DNA of 48,538 nucleotides. It comes from Chlorokybus atmophyticus. Lineage: Eukaryota > Plantae > Mesostigma and Chlorokybus algae. This document shows positions 12,187 to 23,169 of this stretch, piece after piece. The notes beneath the pieces were generated by a model that was given only the letters and a program-made list of their open reading frames with translations, was not told the DNA's origin and did no database searches. Positions within the stretch are counted from its first letter, which is position 1, and every line of letters begins with the position of its first letter. Both the position numbers and the translations under genes were made by a program. The DNA lies in assembly GCA_009103225.1 (NCBI GenBank), contig RHPI01003491.1, positions 251,840 through 300,377 of the forward strand, in the 5' to 3' direction.

Positions 12187-12716
12187 TGTAACATCGGCGC
12201 TGTAACCATTAGGCTACGGCAGCAAAAGTCGCTGCCATAGGAGGAGCCACATGCCATTAAACATGTCCCATACGATGGTATGACATTCCTCCCAACTCAT
12301 TACCCATGGGCTAGTGTCATCCCCCACATCACTTATCGGGCTCGCCGCGACCGGCCCAGCCGGGCAAGACGCGCGCCGCAGCTGACCCTCGTCACACTGT
12401 GCGCCGACTGCCGACACGTGTTAGATTAGACGACCAACGCGACCGCCCCCAACGGTCGTAGGTCATGAGTACCACCACTTCAACGGGTGCGACCCCGCGC
12501 GGTGCTTTCGATAATTAATTCGTCAATATTTGCCTACAATCCAATTTCACGGCAATTAGCAGTTCTTGTCCCCTATGGGTGGGGTTCGAACATGTGCCAC
12601 ACAGCTCCGATACCACTGTAACATTAGCGCCTTGACCACTAGGCTACGGCAGCAAAAGTCACCGCCATAGCAGGAGCCATATGCCAATTAACCATGTCCC
12701 ATACCATGGTATAACA
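12187..12716 (-). mobile_element. TRIM-1: terminal-repeat retrotransposon in miniature, 530 bp, with tRNA-like A and B boxes
   Basis: LTRs at 12187-12285 and 12617-12716 (about 14 differences by eye). PBS TGGTATCGGAGC at 12615-12604. PPT GAGTTGGGAGGAA before the 3' LTR. Flanks GCGCA/TCGAA form a degenerate 5-bp TSD; removing the element plus 5 bp restores the host integrase frame. Confidence 0.85.
12582..12657 (-). promoter_or_regulatory. Putative Pol III type-2 promoter of TRIM-1 (TTTT, A-box in LTR, B-box internal)
   Basis: Minus strand reads TTTT GCTGCCG TAGCCTAGTGG TCAAGGCG…TGTTACA G TGGTATCGGAGC TGTGTGGCACA TGTTCGAACCC. The A-box fits TRGCNNAGYGG exactly and the B-box fits GTTCRANNC. 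A-start to B-start is 54 nt. Confidence 0.7.
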
Positions 12717-15700
12717 TCGAACCAACTCTACCAGTAATAGTTAACGGACCTAACTATGGGGGCAGCAATTTGCCAGCACCCGTACCTTTAATGGCTATGT
12801 TTTTTTACATTAAACTTTATCGGCGACATTGAAAGTGGCCATTCTTTGATGCGTATCGGCATAAGCATTCTGCCTGTTCTGTGCTTCTGACAAACATAGC
12901 TTGGCTCGAGCCATATGTTCCTGCATAGCAATTAGAAATTCCGTTGCCGCTGGTACAATAAGGGCACTGTGAGGTATGCGCCTGTATAACTATTGCGCAA
13001 CCTCGAGCGCTATTCGACGAGTCGTGCACTGATTAAATAAGTGCTTACGCAAGTTGCCCGAGTTGAAAATGCCAATTGCTCCCCTTTATACCACAAATTG
13101 CCAACAATTATAAGCTGTTCCAAGTTGGTATAACTGCGAAACCATAAGTTTGAGGTATAGCTTGTGGACACTTCCATCATGAAAGAATTTTCATACTGTT
13201 ACATGTTTTGCGTACTTCGAGAGTGCGTATGTGCAAAAAGCGGAGGGCTACGACTAAGTGGATCCGCCACATTAGTGCAACTCGAGCGGTATTGCCAAGT
13301 CAAACCAGAAATGAAATTGAACTCATTCCACCTAGCTTGCCGTTTCGACAGGTTTTTGTGCGCATGGAAAAAGGTTAGCGGGCTATAATCAGTAAGTACT
13401 GAAGTCCACACCTTCCAGGTAGCAACGCCATGTGCGCAACACGTGCACAACCCCGAGGAGTTCTTGCTCAGTAATTGTGTAATTACGCTCAACAAAATTG
13501 AATTTTCTACTTTTATATGCACACGGCCTGTCATTTTGTGGAAGGACTACCCCACACCCAATGGTGGAATCATCACCGATGACCATAAAAGGCTTCGTAT
13601 GATCGGGGAAGGCTAACACAGGAGCTTGTGTTTATGCATCGTTGATGCGTGTAACAGCTACCTCATGTGCCTTCGTCCACACACAATTAACATCCTTCTT
13701 AAATAAGAATGTTAAAGGAGTTGCCATGCTAGAATACGCTCGCATGAACTTATAAATTTGATTTGTCAATATAAAGAAGCATGCAACAGATGCACATCTT
13801 TGGGTGGTAGCCAATCCTTCGCTGAACACATGTTTTGAGGATCTGGGTTCGGTCCAACATTGCCAATCACATGCCTTAATAAGAGTGGTTTGCTCTTTGC
13901 AAAGTTGCATTTGGACAAGTTGGCATAAAACTTGTGTGTTCGCGCGACATGAATGAAACTACTTCCACATGCTTGTAGTGTTCCTCCCAGGTTTTGCTAA
14001 ACACAATAATGTCATATATACATACAAGAGCGAACTTGTACAAATCGTTAGCAACAACCGCGATTATTGCTAATTTAAAAGAAGTCGGTGCGTTCGTTAA
14101 CCCGAATGGTAACACTTTATACTTAAATTGACTTATTGGAGTATGAAATGCAATTCTTTGCATAAATAGTGGACGACTTTTAACGTGATGATAACCATTG
14201 GTCAGATTTAGTGTGTTAAACATTGTTGCACGCGACAGCTTATAAAACAAATAAGCTGTTGAGTGCAGCAATCCGTGGCAAAGGGTATTTGTTTTTCATA
14301 GTTACTTCATTTAACGCACGATCAGCAACACACATGCGTAGCTTGCCATTCCTTTTTAGCACAAACATTGGGTCCTCAAAAGGAAATATGCTCTTTGTTA
14401 TCAAACCCTTGAGCTGTTTCCCATTTCCCCGTGTTCTAAGGGACCTAGCCTGTGGATAGGCCGCTAAGGTGGCTTTGCCTTGTCCTCTAATGGAGTGGTA
14501 TAATGTATGTTTTTATCAGGAGTAAATACCGGCGATTTATCTTGAAATACATCTGCGTATATTAATCCGTATGTGATTGCATCACAGGGTTAACTTTATC
14601 CTGTTCGGCAGATGTTTCCACCTGTCGCAAATGCATCAGATACACCTCATGTTTGCGCATGCAACGTTTTTGTTGCGCAGCAAAGAGAAGTAGAACATTG
14701 TCGCAATTAACACGTGCAACTGAAGGTGCGTCTAAAGTCACCATATGTTTACTGTTACGAAGGGTGCACGTAATGGCTTGAAAGTCCAATTGCAAACATG
14801 CTTCAGTTTGCCATTGTTCCCCCAAAACGACAACAGTCACCTTGGGGATACCAATATCCACTATGATGAAGGCTGGTTGGGTCTTATGGCTATCACTAAT
14901 AAAGCGCCCTTTTATCTCTATTAATGCATTGAAGGTGGAATCGGCAGCACATACATACGAAGTGACTTGTGTTAAAGGCATGTTATTACGTTTCACCCAA
15001 GCATGTTCAACAAAGTTATGGTTTGCACCGGTATCAATTAATGCTGTACATAGTGCGCCCATAAATTGACTCTTAAATCTCCATTTGAGTGGCATTGTGT
15101 GATCGTCAAATGTAGATATTGTCGGAATGCCATAAATGATGGCATCCAGTTCGATAATATCAACCTATAGTGGTGAAGTTCCTGTTCTTTGCAAAGAGTG
15201 CATAATCACCCCCCCCCCCCCCTTTTCTTTTTGCACGCAAAAATGTAGTGTGTAGTAAACAGCAGCAGAGTTCAGCATACTAGGCTACCTAAGCAATAGG
15301 CAACAAGAGAAAGAGCTTGGCACTCGCCATGTTGTCTAGCGAGTAACCACATATGGTAGCTACCAGTGGGGAGGGTAATCGGTAGAAGCAGTAGGGGAAA
15401 AAGGGGGAAAGTCTTGGCGAGAAAACGAGGTAGAATCAAATGGTGCAAGTGGGAGAGGGGGGGGGGTAGGTAGATGAAAGTGGGATAGAAGGAAGAGTAG
15501 ACCATGAGATGCGGGAAAGAGGTAGAGACCAAGTCACAAAGCACAGGAAGTTGTTACAAGCCCATGTGGCTTGGAAGTTAATGAAGAGCGTTTGTCGTCT
15601 GAGGAGACAGTGGAAAGCATGCGCTGCCAATCTCCTTTGGCTAAGGTGACGGTGGAGTGTGAGAGGAGCTAGATACAGTGATGTAGACGTGGGGAGGTGG

Positions 15701-16703
15701 AGTCGAACCGCTCACGGTTCCGTGTTAGCCATATGTGCTATAGCACTAAAGGTACAAGGCATTGTTACAGGCGAGGAAGGCCTCCAACCATGCTGCAAGG
15801 AGGGCGGAGGACAAGTGTGGCAATGCTGAGGGGGAAAGGCACGCCACCAAAGCCCCTCCACACCTTGCCGAACCATGCCCACACTTCTTGGCTGAAAGTG
15901 CAGTCAAAAAAGAAGTGAGACGACGTCTCAACCAAGCCATGCGGGCACAAAACACACTCCCTGTAACAGCCTGGGGCATTTTTTGTATTTTATTGTACAT
16001 AAAGTACTTATTTTGCCTTTTTTGCTGGCTTGATGAGGGCTTTTATGAGCTTTATTAAGCCCATGTGGCGTCTGCCCCTGCTGCCGCGCGCGACTCGCCT
16101 GCGACCTGCTCGACAGCAGGGGCAGGCGCCACATGGGCTTAACACGTGACCCACCTGCCACGCGGTTGTGACACAGCCGCTGACTGGACACGCGCTGTGC
16201 AGTGCCAGGTGACGTGGACTGCACAGTCACACAGCCGCCGAAGGCCCAACGCGCGTGGCGGGGAGCCTGCACTTGGACCTGCCTTTAGATTTGGTAGTGA
16301 ATAATGAAATGCCTGTTACTTAGGCTATTTCTTCCTAGTGCTTGTATAAATAGAAAAACCCTGTGTAATGCAACCAACTTTGTTTTCTGCTCTCTGCTGT
16401 GAGTATGCTGGTGCATGCTTGAGGGAGTTGTGGTCCAAGGCACACTGCTGCGTTCTTGCTTGGCGTGAGAAGTAGTAGTGTTCGTGTGCGTGTGCGCGCT
16501 CGACGCGTGCGTGCGTGCGCGAGTGAAGGCAAGGTTCCGGTGTGAAGATTGTGCTCAGCTGCACACATGTGTTGTATGACTTGTGTGCTGTGTATGTGAG
16601 CACGAGCATCGTTACAGTGGTATCGGAGCCCTTGGAGGGGTTGGGTTTCTTGAATTAAGGGGATATTAACTATCTCTTTGGTGTGTGAGGTATTTTTCTG
16701 TTT

Positions 16704-17750
16704 ATGGACGCTACCATGGATGATGCACGTGTTGTGGAGCTTCAGCAAGTGCTGGTAGCTGCTCATGAGGAGCTGCAACGTGTTCAAGCATCTGCCCAAG
16801 CTCGAGCGGCACAATTTCAACAAGCCATGGCGCAAGCGCGCGCGTCCACGCCCGTTACAGCTCCTGTGGTTGCCCCATCAGCCTCTCGTCATGTGAAGCT
16901 ACCAAAACCAAAGCCATTCAAGGGTCAGAGGGACGGTGACTGTGTGGAGGAGTGGGTGTTTGCCGTTTCGACATGGTTAAAGCTCACCGAGGTACCTATA
17001 CATCTCCGTGTCGATGTGGCTGCTACTTTCTTTGAGGGAGCTGCACTTGTGTGGTGGCGTCATCGTTGTGCTCGTGTGGAAGCTGGTCTTGAGGTTCCTT
17101 TCACTACCGTGGCTGAGCTGGCTGCTGAGGTGAAGAAACAGTTCGTACCGGTGGAGAGGAGAAGACGGCACGCGACCAGCTCTCTACGCTTGTGCAAACG
17201 CAGTCCGTGATGGCCTATACCTCTCGCGTTTCAGCGTCTTGTGCTCTCTGTACCGAACATGACAGAGGAGGAGCAGTTGGACCGCTACACGCGCGGGTTG
17301 AAGACTCTTTGTCGCAAGGAAGTTGAGCTTCGTGACGCCAAGACTCTCGCGGAGGCCATTCGCATTGCTGAGCGCACGGACGTGTTGTACTTCAAGGGGG
17401 CTGCTAAAAACACTGACCGTGGACATTACAATCACTTCCGTGGAGGTTCGTATCGCTCATACGCATTTGTTGGGGCTGGTTCGGGAGCTGCAGCAGCTCA
17501 GGGGGCTGGCTTTGGACCAACTCCAATGGAATTGGGTGCGCTCCATGTTGCTATGAAGGTCCCAAAGGGTCGGGAGGCTGCCAAGGCTGTTCGGAAGTGC
17601 TGGGAGTGCTCTTCTGCTGATCACGTGCGCTCCAACTGCCCTATCTATAAGGCAAAGTCTGCTGCACATGCCCGCAACGCTCGCAGCGGTGGACGCGTGA
17701 ACATGGTGGAGGAGGAGATGTTGCAGCCGGGAAACGGCTCACCTCAGTAG
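16704..17750 (+). CDS. gag: Gag of the chromovirus, disrupted by a -1/+1 indel pair near 17159 and 17226
   Basis: KLPKPKPFKG…VEEWVF, FFEGAALVWW, EEQLDRYTRGLK and the zinc knuckle CWECSSADHVRSNC. The expected ARDQLSTLVQTQSVMAYT lies in a shifted frame between the two indels, which exposes a TGA at 17208. Confidence 0.9.
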
Positions 17751-20700
17751 CTGGAGAGGCTCCTGCTGAGGTGGTGATGCAGCCTCACTATGATGTTGAA
17801 TGTCCAGCGGCTGGCGTGGAAGCGTTGTTGACGGTTGGCGGCATGTGCGCAACGGCAACGCAAAGCGGTATGGTTCGAGTGCCCGACAAGGCGAGGCAGC
17901 TGTTGGGAGTCATGGCTCTGATCCGTGAGGGCAATGGGCCATGGATGGAGTGCAAGATGCTGGTGGATTGCGGCGCGAACAGCAATTTCATGAGTCGTGA
18001 GGTTGCGCGTCGGCACAAGTGGTTGTCATGGGCAAATGCCGGCTCGGTGGCTCTAGCGGACGGCTATGCGCCAGCAGGAGGAGCTTCCAAGCAAAGCAAA
18101 GAGCTTGAAATGCACGTGGGGATGATGAAGGATCGCCTACGGTTTTGCTGCATCGAGCTGAACAACGGCTTTGATGGCATTTTGGGGCTGCCTTGGCTTT
18201 GGTCACATAACCCCGCCATTGATTGGAGGAAGCGGGTGCTCACTACCCCGGAAGCTGGTGGTGAGGTTTTGATGTGCTTCAATGCTTCAATGCAAGGCGC
18301 GTGTGTGGTTCAAGAGCGTGTGAGCTGCGTCGAGGCTGCTAGCAATGTGCTGCATGCGCGTGACGCGCACGACACGACGGCGCGCCAGCAAGCTGCACCA
18401 CAACATGCTTCTAGCTCAAGGGGAGGGGTTCCAGAGCTGGTGTCACAAGTTTCTAAGACCAAGATGGAGCAGATCTGGTCCGGGAACAATGTGAAGGATG
18501 CATGGCTGTGCATGGTGCGTGAGACACCTCCCAAGTCGGACTTGGAGCTGGTCGGCACTGGTTCGGAGAGTTCGAAGGACCCCGAGGTGCAGAGGTTGCT
18601 TGAAGAGTTCAAAGACGTCATGGTGGATGGGCTACCAGCTGGTCTGCCACCCACGCGAAGTGTTGATCACCGTGTGGAACTGATAGAGGGCGTGCACAAG
18701 CCGCCGTACCGACCGGTGTACAAGTTGTCTCCGGCTGAACTCGAAGAGGCGAGGAGCCAAGTCGAGGACCTTCTACAACGTGGGTACATCAGGCACAGCA
18801 AGTCTCCTTACGGTGCACCTATCCTATTTGTACGTAAGAAGAGCGGAGCCTTGCGCATGTGCATCGACTATCGGCCACTCAACAACATCACCAAGAAGAA
18901 TGTGTTCCCTTTGCCACGCATTGATGAGTTGTTGGAGCAGCTCGAGGGTGCTGAGTTCTTCTCAAGCTTGGACCTAGCTGGTGGCTACCATCAGATCCGT
19001 GTTGCGCCCGAAGACGTTGAGAAGACGGCTTTCAACACTCGCTATGGCCACTATGAGTGGTTGGTGATGTCCTTTGGCATGACAAATGCTCCGGCAACCT
19101 TTCAAACCTTGATGAATGAGGTCTTTGCTGATCTGATTGGCAAGGGCGTGCTAGTGTACCTCGACGACATCCTTGTGTACACAAAGAGCAAGAGAGAGCA
19201 CGTGGCATTGCTACACGAGGTGATGCAGCGTTTACGTACACACAAGTTGTTTGCTCAGCTCAACAAGTGCCGCTTCTTGCTTGAAGAGGTAGAATACCTT
19301 GGCCACATTGTATCCAAGCAAGGAATCAAGGCAGATCCAAGCAAGCTTGCCGCGGTGCGCGATTGGGCTGCCCCGAAGGACGTGAAGGGTGTCATGTCGT
19401 TCCTAGGGCTTGCCGGCTACTATCGTAAGTTTGTAAAGGGCTTTTCGCACTTGGCGGCACCATTGACGGCATTGTTGAGGAAGGGGGTGGCTTGGAGCTG
19501 GTCGGAGGCTGCAACAAAGGCATTTTCCGACTTGAAAGAGGCCCTGACATCGGCTCCCGTGCTGCTGCATCCCAACATGCAATTGCCCTTTGTGGTGGCG
19601 TGTGATGCGTCCGACAAGGCTATTGGGGCTGTTTTGCAGCAGGATCACGGCAACGGCTTGCAATCGGTGGCCTATTTCAGCAAGAAGATGAGCGGGGCTG
19701 AGCTCAACTACCCCGTTCATGAGAAGGAATTGCTGGCGCAGGTGCTAGCGCTACGGCAATGGCGTTGTTTCCTTGAAGGCAAGCGGTTCACACTTGAGAC
19801 GGACCACTCGCCATTAAGGTACCTTCAAACGCAGCCTCACCTCTCACGGCGGCAAGCTCGTTGGCTCGAGTTCTTCCAACTCTTCGACTTTAAAGTGAAG
19901 TACCAGCCGGGCTCTTCAAATAAGGTTGCGGACGCATTAAGCCGTCAACTCAACGCGCTTGAAACGGTGGTGCAAGTGCAGCCCAAGTGGCTTGACCAGA
20001 TCCGTGCCTTATTGCATGAGGACGCGGTGGGGGAGAAGACCATTGAGGCGTTGGAGAATGGGACTGAACATAGCGGCCTTTGGGCATTGAAGGACGGGCT
20101 GCTATGGCATGGCGATCGCATGTACATACCCAACATTGCGCACATGCGCGTGGCATTGATGAAGGAAGCGCATGATGTGCCAATGGCTGGTCATCAAGGG
20201 CTGGAACGGACACTAGCCTTGTTGAAACAGAAATTTTTCTGGTCGGAGATGCATCGTGACGTTAAGGACTATGTGGCATTGTGCGACACTTGTCAAAGGG
20301 TGAAGGCGAGCAATCAACGCGCCAGTGGGCTGCTCCAACCATTGCCGATACCTTTGACGAAGTGGGAGCAAGTTACTCTTGACTTCATCACAGGACTGCC
20401 ACGGACACGTGAAGGGCATGATGCTATCTTGGTGTTTGTGGACAAGACTAGCAAAATGATGCGATTGGCGCCATATACGGAGACTTGCACAGCTCCCGAG
20501 GCTGCCAAGTTGTTCATCAAGCATGTGGTGCGCTCTCATTGCCTTCCAAGAAGCATTATCAGTGATAGAGACCAGCGGTTTACTGGCAACTTCTGGAGAG
20601 CTCTCCACGTAACTCTAGGCACGAGCTTGAAGTTCAGCACCGCGTACCACCCTGAAACGGACGGCCAAACGGAGCGCGCCAACCGCGTCATCGAAGACAT

Positions 20701-21424
20701 GCTACGGTGCTATGTGAACAGCCGCCAAGACAATTGGGGAGACATGCTGGAGCTGATTGAGTTCACCATTAACAACCACAAGAGTGCAAGCACGGGCGTG
20801 ACACCTTTCCTTATGAACTATGGGCAACATCCATTGACGCCATTGACGGCGTGGGTGCCTAGCATGCAAAGTTCAGATGTGGAGGCCGTGGACGGCTTTC
20901 TTGAAAGGTGTGCCGACATTACCAAGGCAGCTCGAGAGGCTCTGCTTGTGGCGCAAAACCGGCAAAAGCAATACGCCGATGCGCGTCGCAAGGATGTTGT
21001 GTTCGAGGAGGGTGACCTTGTAATGCTTTCAACCAAGCATGTGCAGCTGGTCACGGGGGTGCGCAAGCTGAGTGAGCGATGGTTTGGGCCCTTTAAAGTG
21101 ATCAAGGTCATCTCGAAGGTGGCCTACAAGCTGGAGCTGCCCAATACCATGCATGTGCACCCTGTTTTTCATGTCTCGCTTCTTAAAGGTTATCGAGGGG
21201 AGCCACCAGCTCGTCCGCCTCCAGATGTGGTTCGTGAAGGTGAGGCTGAGTGGGAAGTGGAAGCAATTGTCACGGACAAGCTGATCCGAGGCGTGCGCAA
21301 GTATTTGGTGAAGTGGCATGGCTATCCAATGCACGAGGCGACATACGAGCCCGAGGAGAGCTTTACCAATGCCAAACAGGTCTTGCAAGACTACAAGGCC
21401 AGAGGAGGCAGTCGTCAAGTTTGA
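17651..21424 (+). CDS. pol: Pol polyprotein (PR-RT-RNase H-integrase-chromodomain), uninterrupted, in the -1 frame relative to gag
   Basis: Frame is open from 17651. Motifs: LVDCGANSNF (protease), YLDD (RT), VACDASDKAIGAVL (RNase H), H..GH…CDTC (HHCC), LDFITGLP, SDRD and PETDGQTER (DDE), WFGPFKV and EWEVEAIV…YLVKWHGY…ATYEPE (chromodomain). Confidence 0.96.
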   Translation, partial: GKVCCTCPQRSQRWTREHGGGGDVAAGKRLTSVAGEAPAEVVMQPHYDVECPAAGVEALLTVGGMCATATQSGMVRVPDKARQLLGVMALIREGNGPWMECKMLVDCGANSNFMSREVARRHKWLSWANAGSVALADGYAPAGGASKQSKELEMHVGMMKDRLRFCCIELNNGFDGILGLPWLWSHNPAIDWRKRVLTTPEAGGEVLMCFNASMQGACVVQERVSCVEAASNVLHARDAHDTTARQQAAPQHASSSRGGVPELVSQVSKTKMEQIWSGNNVKDAWLCMVRETPPKSDLELVGTGSESSKDPEVQRLLEEFKDVMVDGLPAGLPPTRSVDHRVELIEGVHKPPYRPVYKLSPAELEEARSQVEDLLQRGYIRHSKSPYGAPILFVRKKSGALRMCIDYRPLNNITKKNVFPLPRIDELLEQLEGAEFFSSLDLAGGYHQIRVAPEDVEKTAFNTRYGHYEWLVMSFGMTNAPATFQTLMNEVFADLIGKGVLVYLDDILVYTKSKREHVALLHEVMQRLRTHKLFAQLNKCRFLLEEVEYLGHIVSKQGIKADPSKLAAVRDWAAPKDVKGVMSFLGLAGYYRKFVKGFSHLAAPLTALLRKGVAWSWSEAATKAFSDLKEALTSAPVLLHPNMQLPFVVACDASDKAIGAVLQQDHGNGLQSVAYFSKKMSGAELNYPVHEKELLAQVLALRQWRCFLEGKRFTLETDHSPLRYLQTQPHLSRRQARWLEFFQLFDFKVKYQPGSSNKVADALSRQLNALETVVQVQPKWLDQIRALLHEDAVGEKTIEALENGTEHSGLWALKDGLLWHGDRMYIPNIAHMRVALMKEAHDVPMAGHQGLERTLALLKQKFFWSEMHRDVKDYVALCDTCQRVKASNQRASGLLQPLPIPLTKWEQVTLDFITGLPRTREGHDAILVFVDKTSKMMRLAPYTETCTAPEAAKLFIKHVVRSHCLPRSIISDRDQRFTGNFWRALHVTLGTSLKFSTAYHPETDGQTERANRVIEDMLRCYVNSRQDNWGDMLELIEFTINNHKSASTGVTPFLMNYGQHPLTPLTAWVPSMQSSDVEAVDGFLERCADITKAAREALLVAQNRQKQYADARRKDVVFEEGDLVMLSTKHVQLVTGVRKLSERWFGPFKVIKVISKVAYKLELPNTMHVHPVFHVSLLKGYRGEPPARPPPDVVREGEAEWEVEAIVTDKLIRGVRKYLVKWHGYPMHEATYEPEESFTNAKQVLQDYKARGGSRQV
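17729..17771 (+). promoter_or_regulatory. Putative -1 programmed ribosomal frameshift signal
   Basis: Slippery heptamer G GGA AAC at 17729-17735, in gag phase. A 6-nt spacer is followed by the stem-loop CCTCAGTAG…CTGCTGAGG, which has an inner GGAG/CTCC stem and contains the gag stop. Confidence 0.75.
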
Positions 21425-23169
21425 GGACGAAGCTCCCCCGGGGGGGAAGGGGTGTAACAGCCTGGGGCAGTTTTTGTATTTTATTGTACATAAAGTACTT
21501 ATTTTGCCTTTTTTGCTGGCTTGATGAGGGCTTTTATGAGCTTTATTAAGCCCATGTGGCGCCTGCCCCTGCTGCCGCGCGCGACTCGCCTGCGACCTGC
21601 TCAACAGCAGGGGCAGGCGCCACATGGGCTTAACGCGTGACCCACCTGCCACGCGGTTGTGACACAGCCGCTGACTGGACACGCGCTGTGCAGTGCCTGG
21701 TGACGCGGACTGCACAGTCACACAGCCGCCGAAGGCCCAACGCGCGTGGCGGGGAGCCTGCACTTGGACCTGCCTTTAGATTTGGTAGTGAATAATGAAA
21801 TGCCTGTTAATTAGGCTATTTCTTCCTAGTGCTTGTATAAATAGAAAAACCCTGTGTAATGCAACCAACTTTGTTTTCTGCTCTCTGCTGTGAGTATGCT
21901 AGTGCATGCTTGAGGGAGTTGTGGTCCAAGGCACACTGCTGCGTTCTTGCTTGGCGTGAGAAGTAGTAGTGTTCGTGTGCGTGTGCGCGCTCGACGCGTG
22001 CGTGCGTGCGCGAGTGAAGGCAAGGTTCCGGTGTGAAGATTGTGCTCAGCTGCACACATGTGTTGTATGACTTGTGTGCTGTGTATGTGAGCACGAGCAT
22101 CGTTACACTCCCCCCTGTCCATGTTGTATTGAAAGAGGCGGTCACCCGTGTGATGGGCTTGGTGAAAGAGTAAGCCACATGAAGGAGCGTACTGAGCCAA
22201 TGGCGAGGAGTGTAGACGCTTCCAGTGGGCAGGCCAGACGACACCTTTCTTGTCTGACTCACTCCTGCATGTAAGTACTAATGCGATGGGCATGCCAAGA
22301 CGCCTGCACTGCATACCCTACCTTGGAGCTATACTTCCATAATGAGAGCGCTGATGGGGATGTGTGTGTTGCTGTCGTCCAACAGTGAACAGCGCTGGGT
22401 TCAGTTGAAGGAGGACCAATGGGACACTGCCAACTACCCGCCAACCAGTGAAGTTCTTTGCTGGTAGTAGTTCCAACCATTGAGGGCTGTCGATGGTTGA
22501 GGCCGGGGAAGGAAGGGAAGACCTTCAGCTATGCGGGGGAGGAAGAATTTCGATCCGCATGATGCTATGAAGGCCAATAGATGTAGCATACGGCAGTGTA
22601 AGGGTGTCCGCCTTTGGCCCGATCAGCTGAAAAAGAGTGCCTGTACAGCGTTTGCCAAGCGCCGTATCCACATAAACAGCAGTGTGTAGTGGACGGGCTG
22701 GGGATGCCCCACCACTTACTGGCTGAGGTTGTCCCACTCTAGACGATATAATGTCAAGCCAAGAGCTGGGGAGGGACGGCCGCAGGGAAATACAGAGGGG
22801 TTGTGTCCCGGATAGAGACAGCGTTGGGAGCCATTGTGAAGGTTGCCACGGTGTTAAGGGACCTTGTGGTGGTGTTCCACATATCGTTCACAGCCAGGAA
22901 CCTTGCCTCCACCGTCTTTGAAAAGCACTGATGGATTCCAGCACAACTTCCTGCTCATCTATGATACGGGGCTTAAGGAAGAGAGGCTGGCAAAGGACTT
23001 TGTCGTATACAGCCGGCTGAGAAGGGGTGAGGGGGCGGACTTGCAACCAGACCTCAATTATCGTTGCGTGAGGGTTGCATACTCACTTCTCCCCCTTTCA
23101 ACTGTTGCGACCACGAGCCATGATATCGAGGGATAACCACGCATGCCTTCTTTGTAGAATGAGGCTTGC

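Larger units (their letters stand above)
11990..15095 (-). pseudogene. pol: Decayed Ty3/gypsy pol (protease, RT, RNase H, integrase C-terminus, chromodomain); integrase core deleted
   Basis: ALIDTGANHNF (protease), LPFGLTNAPTSF and CIYDIIVFS (degenerate YIDD), AYKSRKFNFVERNYTITEQELL (RNase H), AQNRQNAYAD and LGPLTITGRVG-AHAYRLQLPP (GPY/F region), EYKVKAVLDH (chromodomain). Many stops and frameshifts. Confidence 0.85.
15962..22107 (+). mobile_element. Full-length young Ty3/gypsy chromovirus, 6146 bp
   Basis: 655-bp LTRs at 15962-16616 and 21453-22107 (about 8 substitutions by eye) with TGTAACA…GTTACA ends. 5-bp TSD CTCCC at 15957-15961 and 22108-22112. PBS TGGTATCGGAGC at 16618-16629 (tRNA-iMet type). 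PPT GGGGGGGAAGGGG before the 3' LTR. Confidence 0.97.
15230..23150 (-). mobile_element. 5'-truncated L1-like LINE (post-RT region and zf-RVT), split by the chromovirus at 15962-22107; outer boundaries approximate
   Basis: Removing the chromovirus and one TSD copy rejoins HTGDRLFQYNMDRGE-CVLCPHGLVETSSHFFFDC (CCHC finger), followed by HIWLTRNRERF and a pyrimidine-rich 3' UTR. Upstream is a QPLFLKPRI-like segment. No RT core is seen. Confidence 0.75.

Noticed and set aside
12187-12716. Short direct repeats as a CRISPR-like array
   Set aside because: Only two ~100-bp repeats with TG…CA ends, PBS and PPT in a eukaryotic context; these are LTRs. No CRISPR array was seen in the window.
15205-15240. 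TSD or poly(A) defining the LINE ends
   Set aside because: Only weak similarity (caaagaagg-like) between the two ends and no clear tail, so the boundaries are left approximate.
15746-16272. ORFs repeated at 21029-21763 and 21826-22314
   Set aside because: These are chimeric readings across LTR/LINE junctions, duplicated because the LTRs are duplicated.
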